Below are positions 8,338 through 23,154 of a stretch of DNA of 64,000 bases, in pieces. Position numbers and translations under genes: made by a program. The stretch's first letter is position 1; each line of letters opens with the position of its first letter. This stretch comes from Alphaproteobacteria bacterium (GTDB lineage: Bacteria; Pseudomonadota; Alphaproteobacteria; Puniceispirillales; Puniceispirillaceae): assembly GCA_009920665.1 (NCBI GenBank), contig RFZL01000004.1, positions 2,776 to 66,775 on the forward strand, given 5' to 3'. The notes beneath the pieces are model-generated. The model ran no database searches and was not told the origin of the DNA. It worked only from the letters and a program-made list of their open reading frames with translations.

Positions 8338-8425
8338 AACGCGGCTCAGCCGGCGACACGCTGTCAGGGGCGAGGCCGTGAAAGGCAAGCCTGCGAAGGG
8401 CGCGGGAGGAACGAGGATGGAAGCC

Positions 8426-8941
8426 ATGTATGCGTTGGTAAGAACAGGCGGCAAGCAATATCGCGTGTCGAAAGACGACACAATCCTGGTCGAGCGGATT
8501 TCCGCCGATGAGGGCGCGCAAGTGATTCTCGATGATGTCGTGATGCTTGGTGACGGCGACAAGGTGACAATCGGCACACCACGTGTTGAAGGCGCTGCTG
8601 TCAGCGCCACCGTGATGCGCCAGACACGCGGTCCGAAAATCATCATTTTCCGCCGCAAGCGCCGGAAGAACCATCGTCGCACCCAGGGTCACCGGCAGGA
8701 TCTGACCTTGCTGAAGATCAACGCCATCGCCGAGGACGGCAAGTCGCTGGCCCCGAAGGCGGCACCCAAAAAGGCTGCGGCCCCGAAGACGGAAACCAAG
8801 ACAGAGGCCAAGGCAGCGCCAAAGACGGCCGCCGCCAAGAAGACGGCCGCCAAGGCCGAGGCGGCACCGAAGAAGGCGCCCGCCAAGAAGGCCGCCGCCA
8901 AGAAGACGGCAGCGAAAAAGGCCGCCGCCAAGAAATCCTAG
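8426..8941 (+). CDS. rplU: 50S ribosomal protein L21 with about 68-aa Lys/Ala-rich C-terminal extension
   Basis: [14 protein letters not shown]...[20 protein letters not shown] is canonical L21. The tail is [12 protein letters not shown]...[19 protein letters not shown]. An SD (GGAGGAACGAGG) lies upstream. The track ORF's upstream extension to 8177 would cover the promoter. Confidence 0.9.
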   Translation: MYALVRTGGKQYRVSKDDTILVERISADEGAQVILDDVVMLGDGDKVTIGTPRVEGAAVSATVMRQTRGPKIIIFRRKRRKNHRRTQGHRQDLTLLKINAIAEDGKSLAPKAAPKKAAAPKTETKTEAKAAPKTAAAKKTAAKAEAAPKKAPAKKAAAKKTAAKKAAAKKS

Positions 8942-8996
8942 AACGTGATTTGGATCTGGCGCGCCCGGCGCGCCGACAGCTGAAGGGAGCTGGAAC

Positions 8997-9266
8997 ATGG
9001 CACATAAAAAGGCAGGCGGCAGCTCTCGTAACGGCCGCGATTCCGCAGGACGCCGGCTTGGCGTGAAAAAATTTGGCGGTGAGTCGGTTCTGGCCGGCAA
9101 CATCATCATGCGCCAGCGTGGCACCAAGGTTCATCCCGGCGAGAATGTCGGCATGGGCAAGGACCATACGCTGTTCGCACTTGTAGAGGGCAAGGTTGCT
9201 TTCAAGGAAAAGTCGGGCGGGCGCATGTTCGTGAACGTGCTGCCAGCCGCCGAGGCCGCCGAGTAA
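8997..9266 (+). CDS. rpmA: 50S ribosomal protein L27
   Basis: [29 protein letters not shown]...[12 protein letters not shown] is canonical L27. Confidence 0.95.
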   Translation: MAHKKAGGSSRNGRDSAGRRLGVKKFGGESVLAGNIIMRQRGTKVHPGENVGMGKDHTLFALVEGKVAFKEKSGGRMFVNVLPAAEAAE

Positions 9267-9310
9267 GGCGCCGGTCGACAGGATCGGGCGCCGGTACAGG
9301 CGGTCTGAAC

Positions 9311-9342
9311 AAGGGGGACGACGCAGGTTGTTCCCCTTTTTT
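9311..9342 (+). terminator. rho-independent terminator after rpmA
   Basis: AAGGGGGAC (9311-9319) pairs with GTTCCCCTT (9330-9338) across a 10-nt loop. The run of six T at 9337-9342 covers the last two stem bases and extends 4 nt past the stem. Confidence 0.7.
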
Positions 9343-9400
9343 GATTGCCGACAACCGCGCGGTGATGAACAGTATCCAGCGCAGGGCATTTGCCGGGTAA

Positions 9401-11568
<2,168 letters not shown>

Positions 11569-11598
11569 TTTCAGATGCCCTGACCCGTCACAGGAGCC

Positions 11599-12903
11599 AT
11601 GATGACAGAGATGTCCAGGACAGGCAGCCATGCCGCCACCGACCATGCGGCCCATGCCGCCATGATTTCCGCGCTGGTCCACGATTCGCGCGCCGCCCAG
11701 TCGATAATGGCGCAATCAGGCTATGAAGCGCGGATTGCCGCGCTGACGCATGCTGCCGCGCGCATTCGCGGTGCCGTGGATGATATTCTGGCACGTAACG
11801 AGGTTGATGTGGCGCGCGCCGCCAAGAACGGCATCGGCGCCGCCTTCATCGACCGGCTGACCCTGACGCCGGACCGGATCGAGGCGATGGCGGCCGGTCT
11901 TGAGGACATCACCGGGCTTGGCGATCCGATTGGGCGCGAGCTGGCGCGCTGGACACGGCCGAACGGTCTCGACATCGCGCGGGTGGCGACACCGCTTGGC
12001 GTGATCGGGGTGATCTATGAATCGCGACCGAATGTGACTGTCGATGCCGCCGGGCTGTGCCTGATTGCCGGCAATGCGGCGATCCTTCGCGGCGGGTCCG
12101 ACAGCCGCGAGACGTCGGCCTTTCTGGCCGGGCTGATGGCGGACGGCCTTGCCGGGGCCGGCCTGCCGCCCCACGCCGTGCAGATGGTGCCGACAGATGA
12201 CCGCGGGGCCGTCGGCGCGATGCTGGCGGCAAGCGGCGAGATCGACGTCATCATCCCGCGTGGTGGCCGATCGCTTGTCGAGCGGGTGCAGACCGAGGCG
12301 CGGGTGCCGGTATTCGCCCATCTCGAGGGAATCTGCCATCTGTATGTGGATGAAGCCGCCGATCCCGGCAAGGCGGTCGAGATCGCGGTCAACGCCAAGA
12401 TGCGGCGCACCGGAATCTGCGGTGCCGCCGAAACGATCCTTGTCGATGAAAAGGTGGCTCCCGCCCTGCTGCCCGCCATTGCCACGGCGCTGCAGGAGGC
12501 AGGATGCGAGATTCGCGGCGATGCAGCGGCCTGCGGGCTTGTTGGCGGTGCCGTGCCGGCCGATGAGGCCGACTGGTCGACCGAATATCTGGACAGTATC
12601 ATTTCGGTGCGCGTTGTGCCGGGAATCGACGCCGCCATCGACCATATCGCGACCTACGGGTCGCACCACACCGACTGTATCATCACCGAGGATGCGGGCC
12701 GTGCCGAGCGGTTCCTGCAACAGGTGGACAGCGCCATCGTCATGGTCAATGCGTCAACGCAGTTCGCCGATGGCGGCGAATTCGGCATGGGTGCCGAAAT
12801 CGGCATCGCCACCGGCAGGATGCATGCGCGCGGCCCGGTCGGCGCGCACCAGCTGACAAGCTTCAAATATGTCGTCAGGGGCAATGGGCAGACCCGCCCC
12901 TGA
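11599..12903 (+). CDS. proA: gamma-glutamyl phosphate reductase
   Basis: ...[33 protein letters not shown]...CGAAETILV...HHTDCIIT...[17 protein letters not shown] precedes the ATGATG at 11599-11604. Confidence 0.93.
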   Translation: MMTEMSRTGSHAATDHAAHAAMISALVHDSRAAQSIMAQSGYEARIAALTHAAARIRGAVDDILARNEVDVARAAKNGIGAAFIDRLTLTPDRIEAMAAGLEDITGLGDPIGRELARWTRPNGLDIARVATPLGVIGVIYESRPNVTVDAAGLCLIAGNAAILRGGSDSRETSAFLAGLMADGLAGAGLPPHAVQMVPTDDRGAVGAMLAASGEIDVIIPRGGRSLVERVQTEARVPVFAHLEGICHLYVDEAADPGKAVEIAVNAKMRRTGICGAAETILVDEKVAPALLPAIATALQEAGCEIRGDAAACGLVGGAVPADEADWSTEYLDSIISVRVVPGIDAAIDHIATYGSHHTDCIITEDAGRAERFLQQVDSAIVMVNASTQFADGGEFGMGAEIGIATGRMHARGPVGAHQLTSFKYVVRGNGQTRP

Positions 12904-12928
12904 TCACGGCCGCTACCGGCGCCACCGG

Positions 12929-13567
12929 ATGCCGCAGCTGTTCCATGACCGGCGGCGGCTCCGGATCGGGCTGTTTGGCGGGTCCTTCAACCCGGCGCAT
13001 GACGGGCATCTCCACCTCTCGGACCTGGCGCAGCGACAGCTTCGGCTTGACGAGGTGTGGTGGCTTGTCAGCCCGCAAAACCCGCTGAAGGGTGAAGCCG
13101 GCATGGCCGATCTGGCGAAACGGCTTGCCGTAGCGCGCAATCTGGTCGCCCGTCGCCAGCGTGTGCGGGTCATCGCACCGGAGGTCGAATTCGGATCAAA
13201 CCTGACTTTCCGGACCTTGCAGCGGCTTCGCGCACGCTGCCCTGAACATGGTTTCATCTGGCTCATGGGGGCCGACAATCTGGTCGGTTTCGCGGCCTGG
13301 CAGCGTCACGATGTCATCGCCAGAACCATGCCCATTGCGGTGATTGACCGGCCGGGCTATTCTTATCCTGCGTTGAGGACAGGAGCGGCGCTCCTGCGCC
13401 GCCGGATCACGCCGCGGCAGATGGCGAGGGAACTCGCGTCATCACAGCGGGACCGGATCGGGTGGTGTTTCATCGCTGGGCGCCGGCACCATGCGTCGGC
13501 AACAGCTCTGCGGCAGGCTGGGAGACAGGCCGGACGGCAGGGCGCAAAAGCGGAGAAAAACGATTAG
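12929..13567 (+). CDS. nadD: nicotinate-nucleotide adenylyltransferase
   Basis: RIGLFGGSFNPAHDGHL (HxGH motif)...LVSPQNPLK...SATALR. The start is chosen at ATG 12929; earlier in-frame starts at 12869 or 12884 would overlap proA. Confidence 0.85.
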   Translation: MPQLFHDRRRLRIGLFGGSFNPAHDGHLHLSDLAQRQLRLDEVWWLVSPQNPLKGEAGMADLAKRLAVARNLVARRQRVRVIAPEVEFGSNLTFRTLQRLRARCPEHGFIWLMGADNLVGFAAWQRHDVIARTMPIAVIDRPGYSYPALRTGAALLRRRITPRQMARELASSQRDRIGWCFIAGRRHHASATALRQAGRQAGRQGAKAEKND

Positions 13568-13571
13568 CAGA

Positions 13572-13937
13572 ATGCAATCGAATCCGGATCCCGACCAGAT
13601 CCTTGAATTGGTCACCGCCTCCCTCGATAGCGATAAAGCTGAAGACGTTATTGCCATCCCCTTGCATGGCAAATCGTCAATGGCTGACCATATGGTCATT
13701 GCCAGTGGCAGTTCGTCGCGCCAGGTGGCGGCCATGGCCGAGCATCTCGAACAGCGGTTGAAGCAGGCCGGTGTCGAGGTTCTGGGGCTGGAGGGCATGC
13801 GGCAGGCCGACTGGGTGCTGATCGACGCGAATGACGTCATCATCCACCTGTTCCGTCCCGAAGTCCGTGAATTCTACGGGCTTGAGCGGATGTGGGCCAA
13901 TGACGGGCCGCAGGAGATCGTCACCGTCAGCAGCTAG
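13572..13937 (+). CDS. rsfS: ribosome silencing factor RsfS (iojap-like)
   Basis: ...DKAEDVIAIPL.GKSSMADHMVIASG.S.RQV.AMAEH......DWVLID..DVIIHLFRPE.REFY.LE.MW is typical of RsfS. Confidence 0.9.
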   Translation: MQSNPDPDQILELVTASLDSDKAEDVIAIPLHGKSSMADHMVIASGSSSRQVAAMAEHLEQRLKQAGVEVLGLEGMRQADWVLIDANDVIIHLFRPEVREFYGLERMWANDGPQEIVTVSS

Positions 13938-14028
13938 GCCTGCCGCGGTGACGTTGTGGTCCTGCGCACCCAGGAGAGGCCAACCGCGCCGCTGACGGCG
14001 CGGCATAATCCCGGCGGGGCATAATCTG

Positions 14029-14484
14029 ATGAAACTTGTCATTCTCGCTGTCGGGCGCGGCCGCGCCGTCCCGGAGCAGGCCCTTGTTCGGGACTGGCTC
14101 GACCGGCTGCCACAGGGTGGCGCAGTCATCGAGGTTGAATCGAAATTGCCGGCAGGGCCCGCGCGAACGCGCGACGAGGGCGAACGTCTGCTGAAGCAAT
14201 TGCCGGCAACGGCACCGCTGATGGTCTGCGACCCGCATGGCCGTGACACTTCGTCCGAAGCTCTGGCCACCCTGCTGCAACGGCATCGCGATGATGGTGC
14301 CGGCACAATCTATTTCGCCATTGGCGGGGCCGACGGGCATGACCGGCGCGTTCTGGATCGCGCACAGGCCCGAATCGCCTTCGGCAGCGCCACATGGCCG
14401 CATATGCTGTTCCGCGCGATGCTGGCCGAACAGCTCTACCGCGCCAGCATGATTCTCGCCGGCCACCCCTATCATCGGGGCTGA
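14029..14484 (+). CDS. rlmH: 23S rRNA (pseudouridine1915-N3)-methyltransferase
   Basis: MKLVILAVGR...FAIGGADGH...WPHML.R.ML.EQLYRA..I..GHPYH is the SPOUT RlmH signature. Confidence 0.9.
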   Translation: MKLVILAVGRGRAVPEQALVRDWLDRLPQGGAVIEVESKLPAGPARTRDEGERLLKQLPATAPLMVCDPHGRDTSSEALATLLQRHRDDGAGTIYFAIGGADGHDRRVLDRAQARIAFGSATWPHMLFRAMLAEQLYRASMILAGHPYHRG

Positions 14485-14540
14485 ACCCGCCCTGTCGTTA
14501 CAATCCTGTACTCAAAATCCGGCGGGCGTTATAAGGCAAT

Positions 14541-16109
14541 ATGTCAAAAACAGATCCTTCCCGTTCCCGCCCGCCCGTTGTCCTGTGCATCATGGATGGC
14601 TGGGGTCTGCGCGCGGCGCCGGAGGCCAATGCCGTCGCTCTTGCCAGAACACCGGTTGTCGACGCTCTGGCCGCGCGCTGGCCGCGGGCCAGGCTTGCCG
14701 CCTCCGGTCCCGATGTCGGGCTTCCCGAGGGGCAGGTCGGCAATTCCGAGGTTGGCCACATGAATATCGGGGCCGGCCGGGTGGTGATGCAGGACCTTCC
14801 GCGAATCAACGCGGCGCTGGCCGACGGGTCACTCGCAGCGCATCCGGCGCTGGCGGCGCTGGCGGATAACCTTGCCGGCACCGGCGGCCGCGTTCATGTG
14901 ATGGGACTGCTATCCCCCGGCGGGGTGCATTCGCATCAGGACCAGATGCTGGCCGTCATCACCGGACTTGCCGGGGCCGGGGCGGATGTGGTCGTCCACG
15001 GCTTTACCGATGGCCGCGATGTGCTGCCACGACAGGCCGCCGAATCACTGCCACCCTTTCTTGCCGCGCTTCCCGACAATGTCAGCTTTGGCACGCTGAT
15101 CGGCCGCTACTGGGCAATGGACCGTGACCGGCGCTGGGAGCGCACCGCCGAGGCCTTTGCCGCGATTGTGAAGGCAGCAAGTCGACATCCCGCCGCGGCA
15201 GACCCGCTGGCGGCACTCCGGCATGCGCATGACGGCGATGAAGGCGACGAGTTCATCACCCCGCGGGTGATCGCCGGCTATGACGGCATGCGCGATGGCG
15301 ATGCCCTGGTGATGATCAATTTCCGGGCCGACCGGGTGCGGCAATTGCTGGCCTGCTGGCTCACACCGGACGAGGTCGACGGGCCGGATGAAATGAATCG
15401 CCTGACCGCGCCGCGACTTGCCGGTGTCATCGGCATGACATCCTATTCGGCGGCGCTCGATGCGAGGATGACGACGCTGTTCGGCCCGCAGGCGATCGGG
15501 GATACGCTTGGCGAGGTCGTGGCCGCTGCCGGCCGCCGGCAGCTGCGTCTTGCCGAAACCGAGAAATATCCGCATGTGACCTTCTTCCTGAATGGTGGCG
15601 ACGAGGCACCGGCGGCGGGCGAGGACCGGGTCATGGTGCCTTCACCCAAGGTGGCAACCTATGATCTGGCACCGGAGATGAGCGCCGAAGGCGTTCTGGC
15701 AGCGGCGCTGGGCAGCCTGGCCGGACATCGCCACGATCTGATCGTGATGAATTTCGCCAATCCCGACATGGTCGGCCATACCGGTGACCTTGATGCCGCC
15801 ATCAGGGCGGTGGAAACGGTCGATGGCTGCGTCGGCCGGATCGCCGAGGCGGTGCTGGCGCAGGGCGGGCAGATGATTGTCACGGCAGATCACGGGAATT
15901 GCGAGGTGATGTGGGACGATGCCGCCAATTCGCCGCATACGGCGCATACAACCAACCTTGTGCCGGTGATTCTTGTTGGCGCGGCTGACGGCACAAATCT
16001 TCGTGACGGCAGGCTTGCCGATCTGGCGCCGACGCTGCTGGATCTGATGGGGCTGGCACGGCCGGCGGCGATGACCGGCCGGCCCCTGCATCACGCTGAA
16101 GATGGGTGA
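14541..16109 (+). CDS. gpmI: 2,3-bisphosphoglycerate-independent phosphoglycerate mutase
   Basis: VVLCIMDGWG...GNSEVGHMNIGAGR...GGVHSH...ETEKYPHVTFF.NGG...NFANPDMVGHTG...TADHGN. Confidence 0.95.
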   Translation: MSKTDPSRSRPPVVLCIMDGWGLRAAPEANAVALARTPVVDALAARWPRARLAASGPDVGLPEGQVGNSEVGHMNIGAGRVVMQDLPRINAALADGSLAAHPALAALADNLAGTGGRVHVMGLLSPGGVHSHQDQMLAVITGLAGAGADVVVHGFTDGRDVLPRQAAESLPPFLAALPDNVSFGTLIGRYWAMDRDRRWERTAEAFAAIVKAASRHPAAADPLAALRHAHDGDEGDEFITPRVIAGYDGMRDGDALVMINFRADRVRQLLACWLTPDEVDGPDEMNRLTAPRLAGVIGMTSYSAALDARMTTLFGPQAIGDTLGEVVAAAGRRQLRLAETEKYPHVTFFLNGGDEAPAAGEDRVMVPSPKVATYDLAPEMSAEGVLAAALGSLAGHRHDLIVMNFANPDMVGHTGDLDAAIRAVETVDGCVGRIAEAVLAQGGQMIVTADHGNCEVMWDDAANSPHTAHTTNLVPVILVGAADGTNLRDGRLADLAPTLLDLMGLARPAAMTGRPLHHAEDG

Positions 16110-16198
16110 GGCGGCGCGTCCATAAGTCCGCGTTGCAAAAGCTGCAATCACCATTACATTAGCCCTATTGCCTGACTGCCCGGAAGGAGCCGAGTGAA

Positions 16199-17536
16199 AT
16201 GCAAAACTGGACGCAAGTCAGCCGTCTCCGCCTGTGGCACGTGGCGATTTTCTGCGCCACCCTGTTTGTGGCCGGCATGGTCATCCCGACGCTGACGACG
16301 GCGCAATCCTCGTCAAAGGAGGAAACCTATCGCCAGCTCGGCCTGTTCGGTGACATTTTCCAGCGTGTCCGCGAGAGCTATGTCGACGAGATTGACGACC
16401 GCGACCTGATCGAGGCGGCAATTACCGGCATGCTGACCTCGCTGGACCCGCACTCGACCTTCCTTGATACCGAGAATTTCTCGGAAATGCAGGAACAGAC
16501 AAAGGGGCGCTTTGGCGGACTCGGCGTCGAGATCACGATGGAACAGGGGATGGTCAAGGTCGTCTCGCCAATCGATGACACGCCGGCGGCGCGCGCCGGG
16601 CTGCAGCCCGAGGACTACCTGATCGCCGTCGATGATGAATCGATCATCGGCATGCAACTGTCCGAAGCTGTCGAAAAACTGCGCGGCAAGGTCGGATCAA
16701 AGGTAACCGTGAAGGTGCAGCGCGGCCAGCTGGAGCCGTTCGATGTCACCCTGGTGCGCGATTTCATCAAGATCAGGTCGGTTCGCTCGGAAATATTCGA
16801 CGGGATCGGATATGTCCGCCTCACCACCTTCTCCGAACAGACAACACCGGGCCTGATGGACGCGGTTGATGATTTCTTCCGCGAGGAAGGCGTCGGGCTG
16901 AAAGGGATCGTGCTTGATCTTCGCAACAACCCCGGCGGCCTTCTGACCGAGGCGATATCCGTGTCGGATGCCTTTCTTGAGGAGGGGGAGATTGTCTCGA
17001 CCCGCGGCCGCGACACTGACGGTGGCTCGCATGTCTATGCCAGGCCCGGCGATATCGCCCGTGGCCTGCCGATGGTGGTCCTGATCAATTCCGGCTCGGC
17101 CTCGGCCTCGGAAATTGTCGCCGGCGCGCTGAAAGATCATAAACGCGCGGTGATCCTCGGCACCCGTTCTTTTGGCAAGGGGTCGGTGCAGTCGGTGATC
17201 CCGATTTCCAACACCTCCGCCATCCGGCTGACTACGGCGCGTTACTACACGCCGTCCGGGGTGTCGATTCAGGGTCTCGGGATCGTGCCAGATATCGAGG
17301 TGGAGCTGGCGCGGATCGAACCTGTCGAAGGCGGTGTCGTTCGCGAGGAAGATCTGAAAGGTGCGCTTGATGGCAGCGAGGATAGCGACAGCGATACGAG
17401 TGCCGGTTCCGAAGATTCGCAGGATGACACGCCGGATGAACCTGTTGACCGGTCGAAGATCGACTACCAGCTGGCGCGGGCGCTTGATCTGATCCGCGGC
17501 GTTTCGGTCTTCGGAGCGTTGAAGCCGACCTCATGA
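16199..17536 (+). CDS. ctpA: carboxy-terminal processing protease (S41 family)
   Basis: Signal/TM segment, a PDZ region (GGLGVEI...V.SPIDDTPAARAGL.P.D.I..VD), and the S41 catalytic region (LDLRNNPGGLL...VLIN.GSASASEI.AGALKD). Confidence 0.88.
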   Translation: MQNWTQVSRLRLWHVAIFCATLFVAGMVIPTLTTAQSSSKEETYRQLGLFGDIFQRVRESYVDEIDDRDLIEAAITGMLTSLDPHSTFLDTENFSEMQEQTKGRFGGLGVEITMEQGMVKVVSPIDDTPAARAGLQPEDYLIAVDDESIIGMQLSEAVEKLRGKVGSKVTVKVQRGQLEPFDVTLVRDFIKIRSVRSEIFDGIGYVRLTTFSEQTTPGLMDAVDDFFREEGVGLKGIVLDLRNNPGGLLTEAISVSDAFLEEGEIVSTRGRDTDGGSHVYARPGDIARGLPMVVLINSGSASASEIVAGALKDHKRAVILGTRSFGKGSVQSVIPISNTSAIRLTTARYYTPSGVSIQGLGIVPDIEVELARIEPVEGGVVREEDLKGALDGSEDSDSDTSAGSEDSQDDTPDEPVDRSKIDYQLARALDLIRGVSVFGALKPTS

Positions 17537-18015
17537 CCGACATTCCCTATGCAGAGCGGGGCTATCGGCCCTGTGTCGGAATCTTTCTGCTGAATGATGA
17601 CCGGCAGCTGTTCGCCGGCCGCCGCATCGACAACCGGGCCGAGGCCTGGCAGATGCCGCAGGGTGGCATCGATCATGGCGAATCGGTCATCGAGGCCTGC
17701 CTGCGCGAGATGGAAGAGGAAATCGGCACCAACAAGGCGCAGCTGTTGCAGGAGCATGATGACTGGCTTCATTATGATATCCCGGAGCCGCTTGCCGACC
17801 GGCTGTGGCACGGCAAGTACCGGGGCCAGAAACAAAAATGGGTGGCGCTGCGATACACCGGCACGACCACCGATATAAATATCCACACCGCCGAGCCGGA
17901 ATTTTGCGAATGGCGCTGGCTTGACCCGCACGCGCTGATCAACCTGGCGGTGCCGTTCAAGCGCGATGTCTATTCAACCCTGATGGAGAGCTTTGCCGGC
18001 CTGTTGCGCCCGTAG
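17533..18015 (+). CDS. rppH: RNA pyrophosphohydrolase (Nudix)
   Basis: YRPCVGIFLLN......WQMPQGGID.GES...A.LREM.EEIG is a Nudix box. The ATGA start overlaps the ctpA stop. Confidence 0.88.
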   Translation: MTDIPYAERGYRPCVGIFLLNDDRQLFAGRRIDNRAEAWQMPQGGIDHGESVIEACLREMEEEIGTNKAQLLQEHDDWLHYDIPEPLADRLWHGKYRGQKQKWVALRYTGTTTDINIHTAEPEFCEWRWLDPHALINLAVPFKRDVYSTLMESFAGLLRP

Positions 18016-18027
18016 CCAGCCGAACGG

Positions 18028-18084
18028 AACCCCGACCACAAGTAACCCCGGCCACAAGAAAACCCGGCCACAAGAAAACCCGGC
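18028..18084. repeat. about 16-nt tandem repeat, 3.5 copies (aacccc/ggccacaagaa)
   Basis: Units at 18028-18043, 18044-18060 and 18061-18076, with a partial at 18077-18084 merging into the terminator hairpin. It lies between the convergent rppH and atpC genes. Confidence 0.85.
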
Positions 18085-18095
18085 TCTGGGCCGGG
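18061..18095 (-). terminator. rho-independent terminator of atp operon (possibly bidirectional)
   Basis: Stem CCCGGC (18079-18084) pairs with GCCGGG (18090-18095). On the minus strand it is followed by TTTTCTTGTGG; on the plus strand by a T-rich CCTTATTTGATTCTT. Confidence 0.5.
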
Positions 18096-18121
18096 CGTCC
18101 TTATTTGATTCTTGTGGTGCG

Positions 18122-18475
18122 TTACAGCGCGGCAAGCACGGCGTTCAGGAATTCGGCCTCGGCGCCGCTGGCGGCATCGGCCCGCGACTTCACCTCGTCG
18201 CGGCTTGCCTTGTCGAGATCCTCGGCGCGTTCGGTCAGGATGGTCACCGATTCGCCCGACACATCCGCCAGGCCGCCATCGATCATGAAGCGGTTGGCCA
18301 CCTTGCCATTTTCATGCACCTCGACGATGCCGCGCACAAGGTCGGACAGCAGCGGCGCGTGCCGCGGCAGCACGCCGAACAGCCCCTCGGCGCCAGGCGC
18401 CACGACCATCTCGGCCGGTTTCTGGACCATGATGTCGGCCGGTGTCACCAGCTCAAGTTGCGTGGTTTCCGCCAT
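18122..18475 (-). CDS. atpC: F0F1 ATP synthase subunit epsilon
   Basis: ...LELVTP......E.V..PG.EG.FGVL..HAPL...L..G.V... plus position after atpD. Confidence 0.9.
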   Translation of the reverse strand: MAETTQLELVTPADIMVQKPAEMVVAPGAEGLFGVLPRHAPLLSDLVRGIVEVHENGKVANRFMIDGGLADVSGESVTILTERAEDLDKASRDEVKSRADAASGAEAEFLNAVLAAL

Positions 18476-18505
18476 TGCGCATGTCTCCCTTGGCGCCGGG
18501 GCCGC

Positions 18506-19927
<1,422 letters not shown>

Positions 19928-19959
19928 TTATCCTTACTCCGCGATTGAGTCCTGGTCCG

Positions 19960-20835
19960 TTACACCGCTTCGGCGCCGGAAATGATTTCGATAAGTTCCT
20001 TGGTGATGGTCGCCTGCCGGGTCCGGTTATAGACCAGCGTCAGTCGATCAATCAGATCGCCCGCATTGCGCGTCGCATTGTCCATCGCCGTCATCCGTGC
20101 CGCTAGCTCGGCAGCCGAGGATTCCAGCAGGGCGCTGTAGATCTGGGTGGAGATATTGCGCGGCAGAACCGCGGCAAGAAGCTCTTCCTCTTCCGGCTCA
20201 TATTCGTAGGATACGCCCTGATCATCCGACGGGGCCGATTCATCAACCTCGGCCGGGATCAGCTTCTTCAGCGTCACTTCCTGCGAAATGGCGGATTTGA
20301 ACTTGTTGAATATGACGGTGCAGACATCGAATTCGCCAGCCTCGAAACCGTCACGCACCTTGTCGCCGATCGATGCCGCATCGGCAAAGGCGACCGAGGT
20401 GCCCTGAATGCCCTCAAGCGCCTCGATATAGGAATCGCCAAGCTCGCGGCGCAGCGCGTCCGCCGATTTGCGTCCCACCATCAGCAGCTTGACAGTCTTG
20501 CCCTCGCCGCGAAGCCGCGCCACCTCGGTGCGGGTCTGGCGGGTGATCGCGCCGTTGAAGCCGCCACACAGGCCGCGGTCAGCCGAAACCACCACCAGCA
20601 GATGCGTCTTGTCCTGGCCATTGCCGACAAGAAGCTGCGGTGCCGAGGACGGGTCGGCCTTGGCGGCAAGCGAATTGATGATCTGCTGCATGCGATCAGC
20701 GTAGGGACGGCCACGCTCGGCCGAATCCTGCGCCCGCCGCAGCTTTGCCGCCGCGACCATCTTCATGGCCGAGGTAATCTTCTGCGTCGACTTCACGCTG
20801 TTGATGCGCGTCTTGAGATCTTTCAACGATGGCAT
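19960..20835 (-). CDS. atpG: F0F1 ATP synthase subunit gamma
   Basis: [33 protein letters not shown]...ITKEL.EI.SGAEA. Confidence 0.95.
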   Translation of the reverse strand: MPSLKDLKTRINSVKSTQKITSAMKMVAAAKLRRAQDSAERGRPYADRMQQIINSLAAKADPSSAPQLLVGNGQDKTHLLVVVSADRGLCGGFNGAITRQTRTEVARLRGEGKTVKLLMVGRKSADALRRELGDSYIEALEGIQGTSVAFADAASIGDKVRDGFEAGEFDVCTVIFNKFKSAISQEVTLKKLIPAEVDESAPSDDQGVSYEYEPEEEELLAAVLPRNISTQIYSALLESSAAELAARMTAMDNATRNAGDLIDRLTLVYNRTRQATITKELIEIISGAEAV

Positions 20836-20899
20836 GCATCAGGCTCCATGTTCCAGCGCGCGGCGGCGAACCGCCACACATCTGTTCGAACAGCTATCC

Positions 20900-22989
<2,090 letters not shown>

Positions 22990-23154
22990 CGACGTGCCCT
23001 CATCAACAGGAATTTTTCACCATGGCGCAGGCTGTAACCGGCGCTGACCGGTGACCATTTGCACCGGTGAGGTGGCTATCATACCCGTGCCGGAAAGGCA
23101 AGCGCCGAAGCCGCCTAATTTGGGCAGGAAATCGGGCTCGCCACATCGCGCTGT

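Noticed and set aside
8177-8425. An N-terminal extension of the L21 ORF, giving a 254-aa protein.
   Set aside because: The extension would cover the near-consensus promoter, the G-rich repeat and the 17-nt duplication. Canonical L21 begins at [11 protein letters not shown], with an SD just upstream.
17879-17887. A DnaA-box-like ATATCCACA.
   Set aside because: It is a single copy with one mismatch to TTATCCACA and lies inside the rppH coding sequence. There is no cluster or AT-rich unwinding region.
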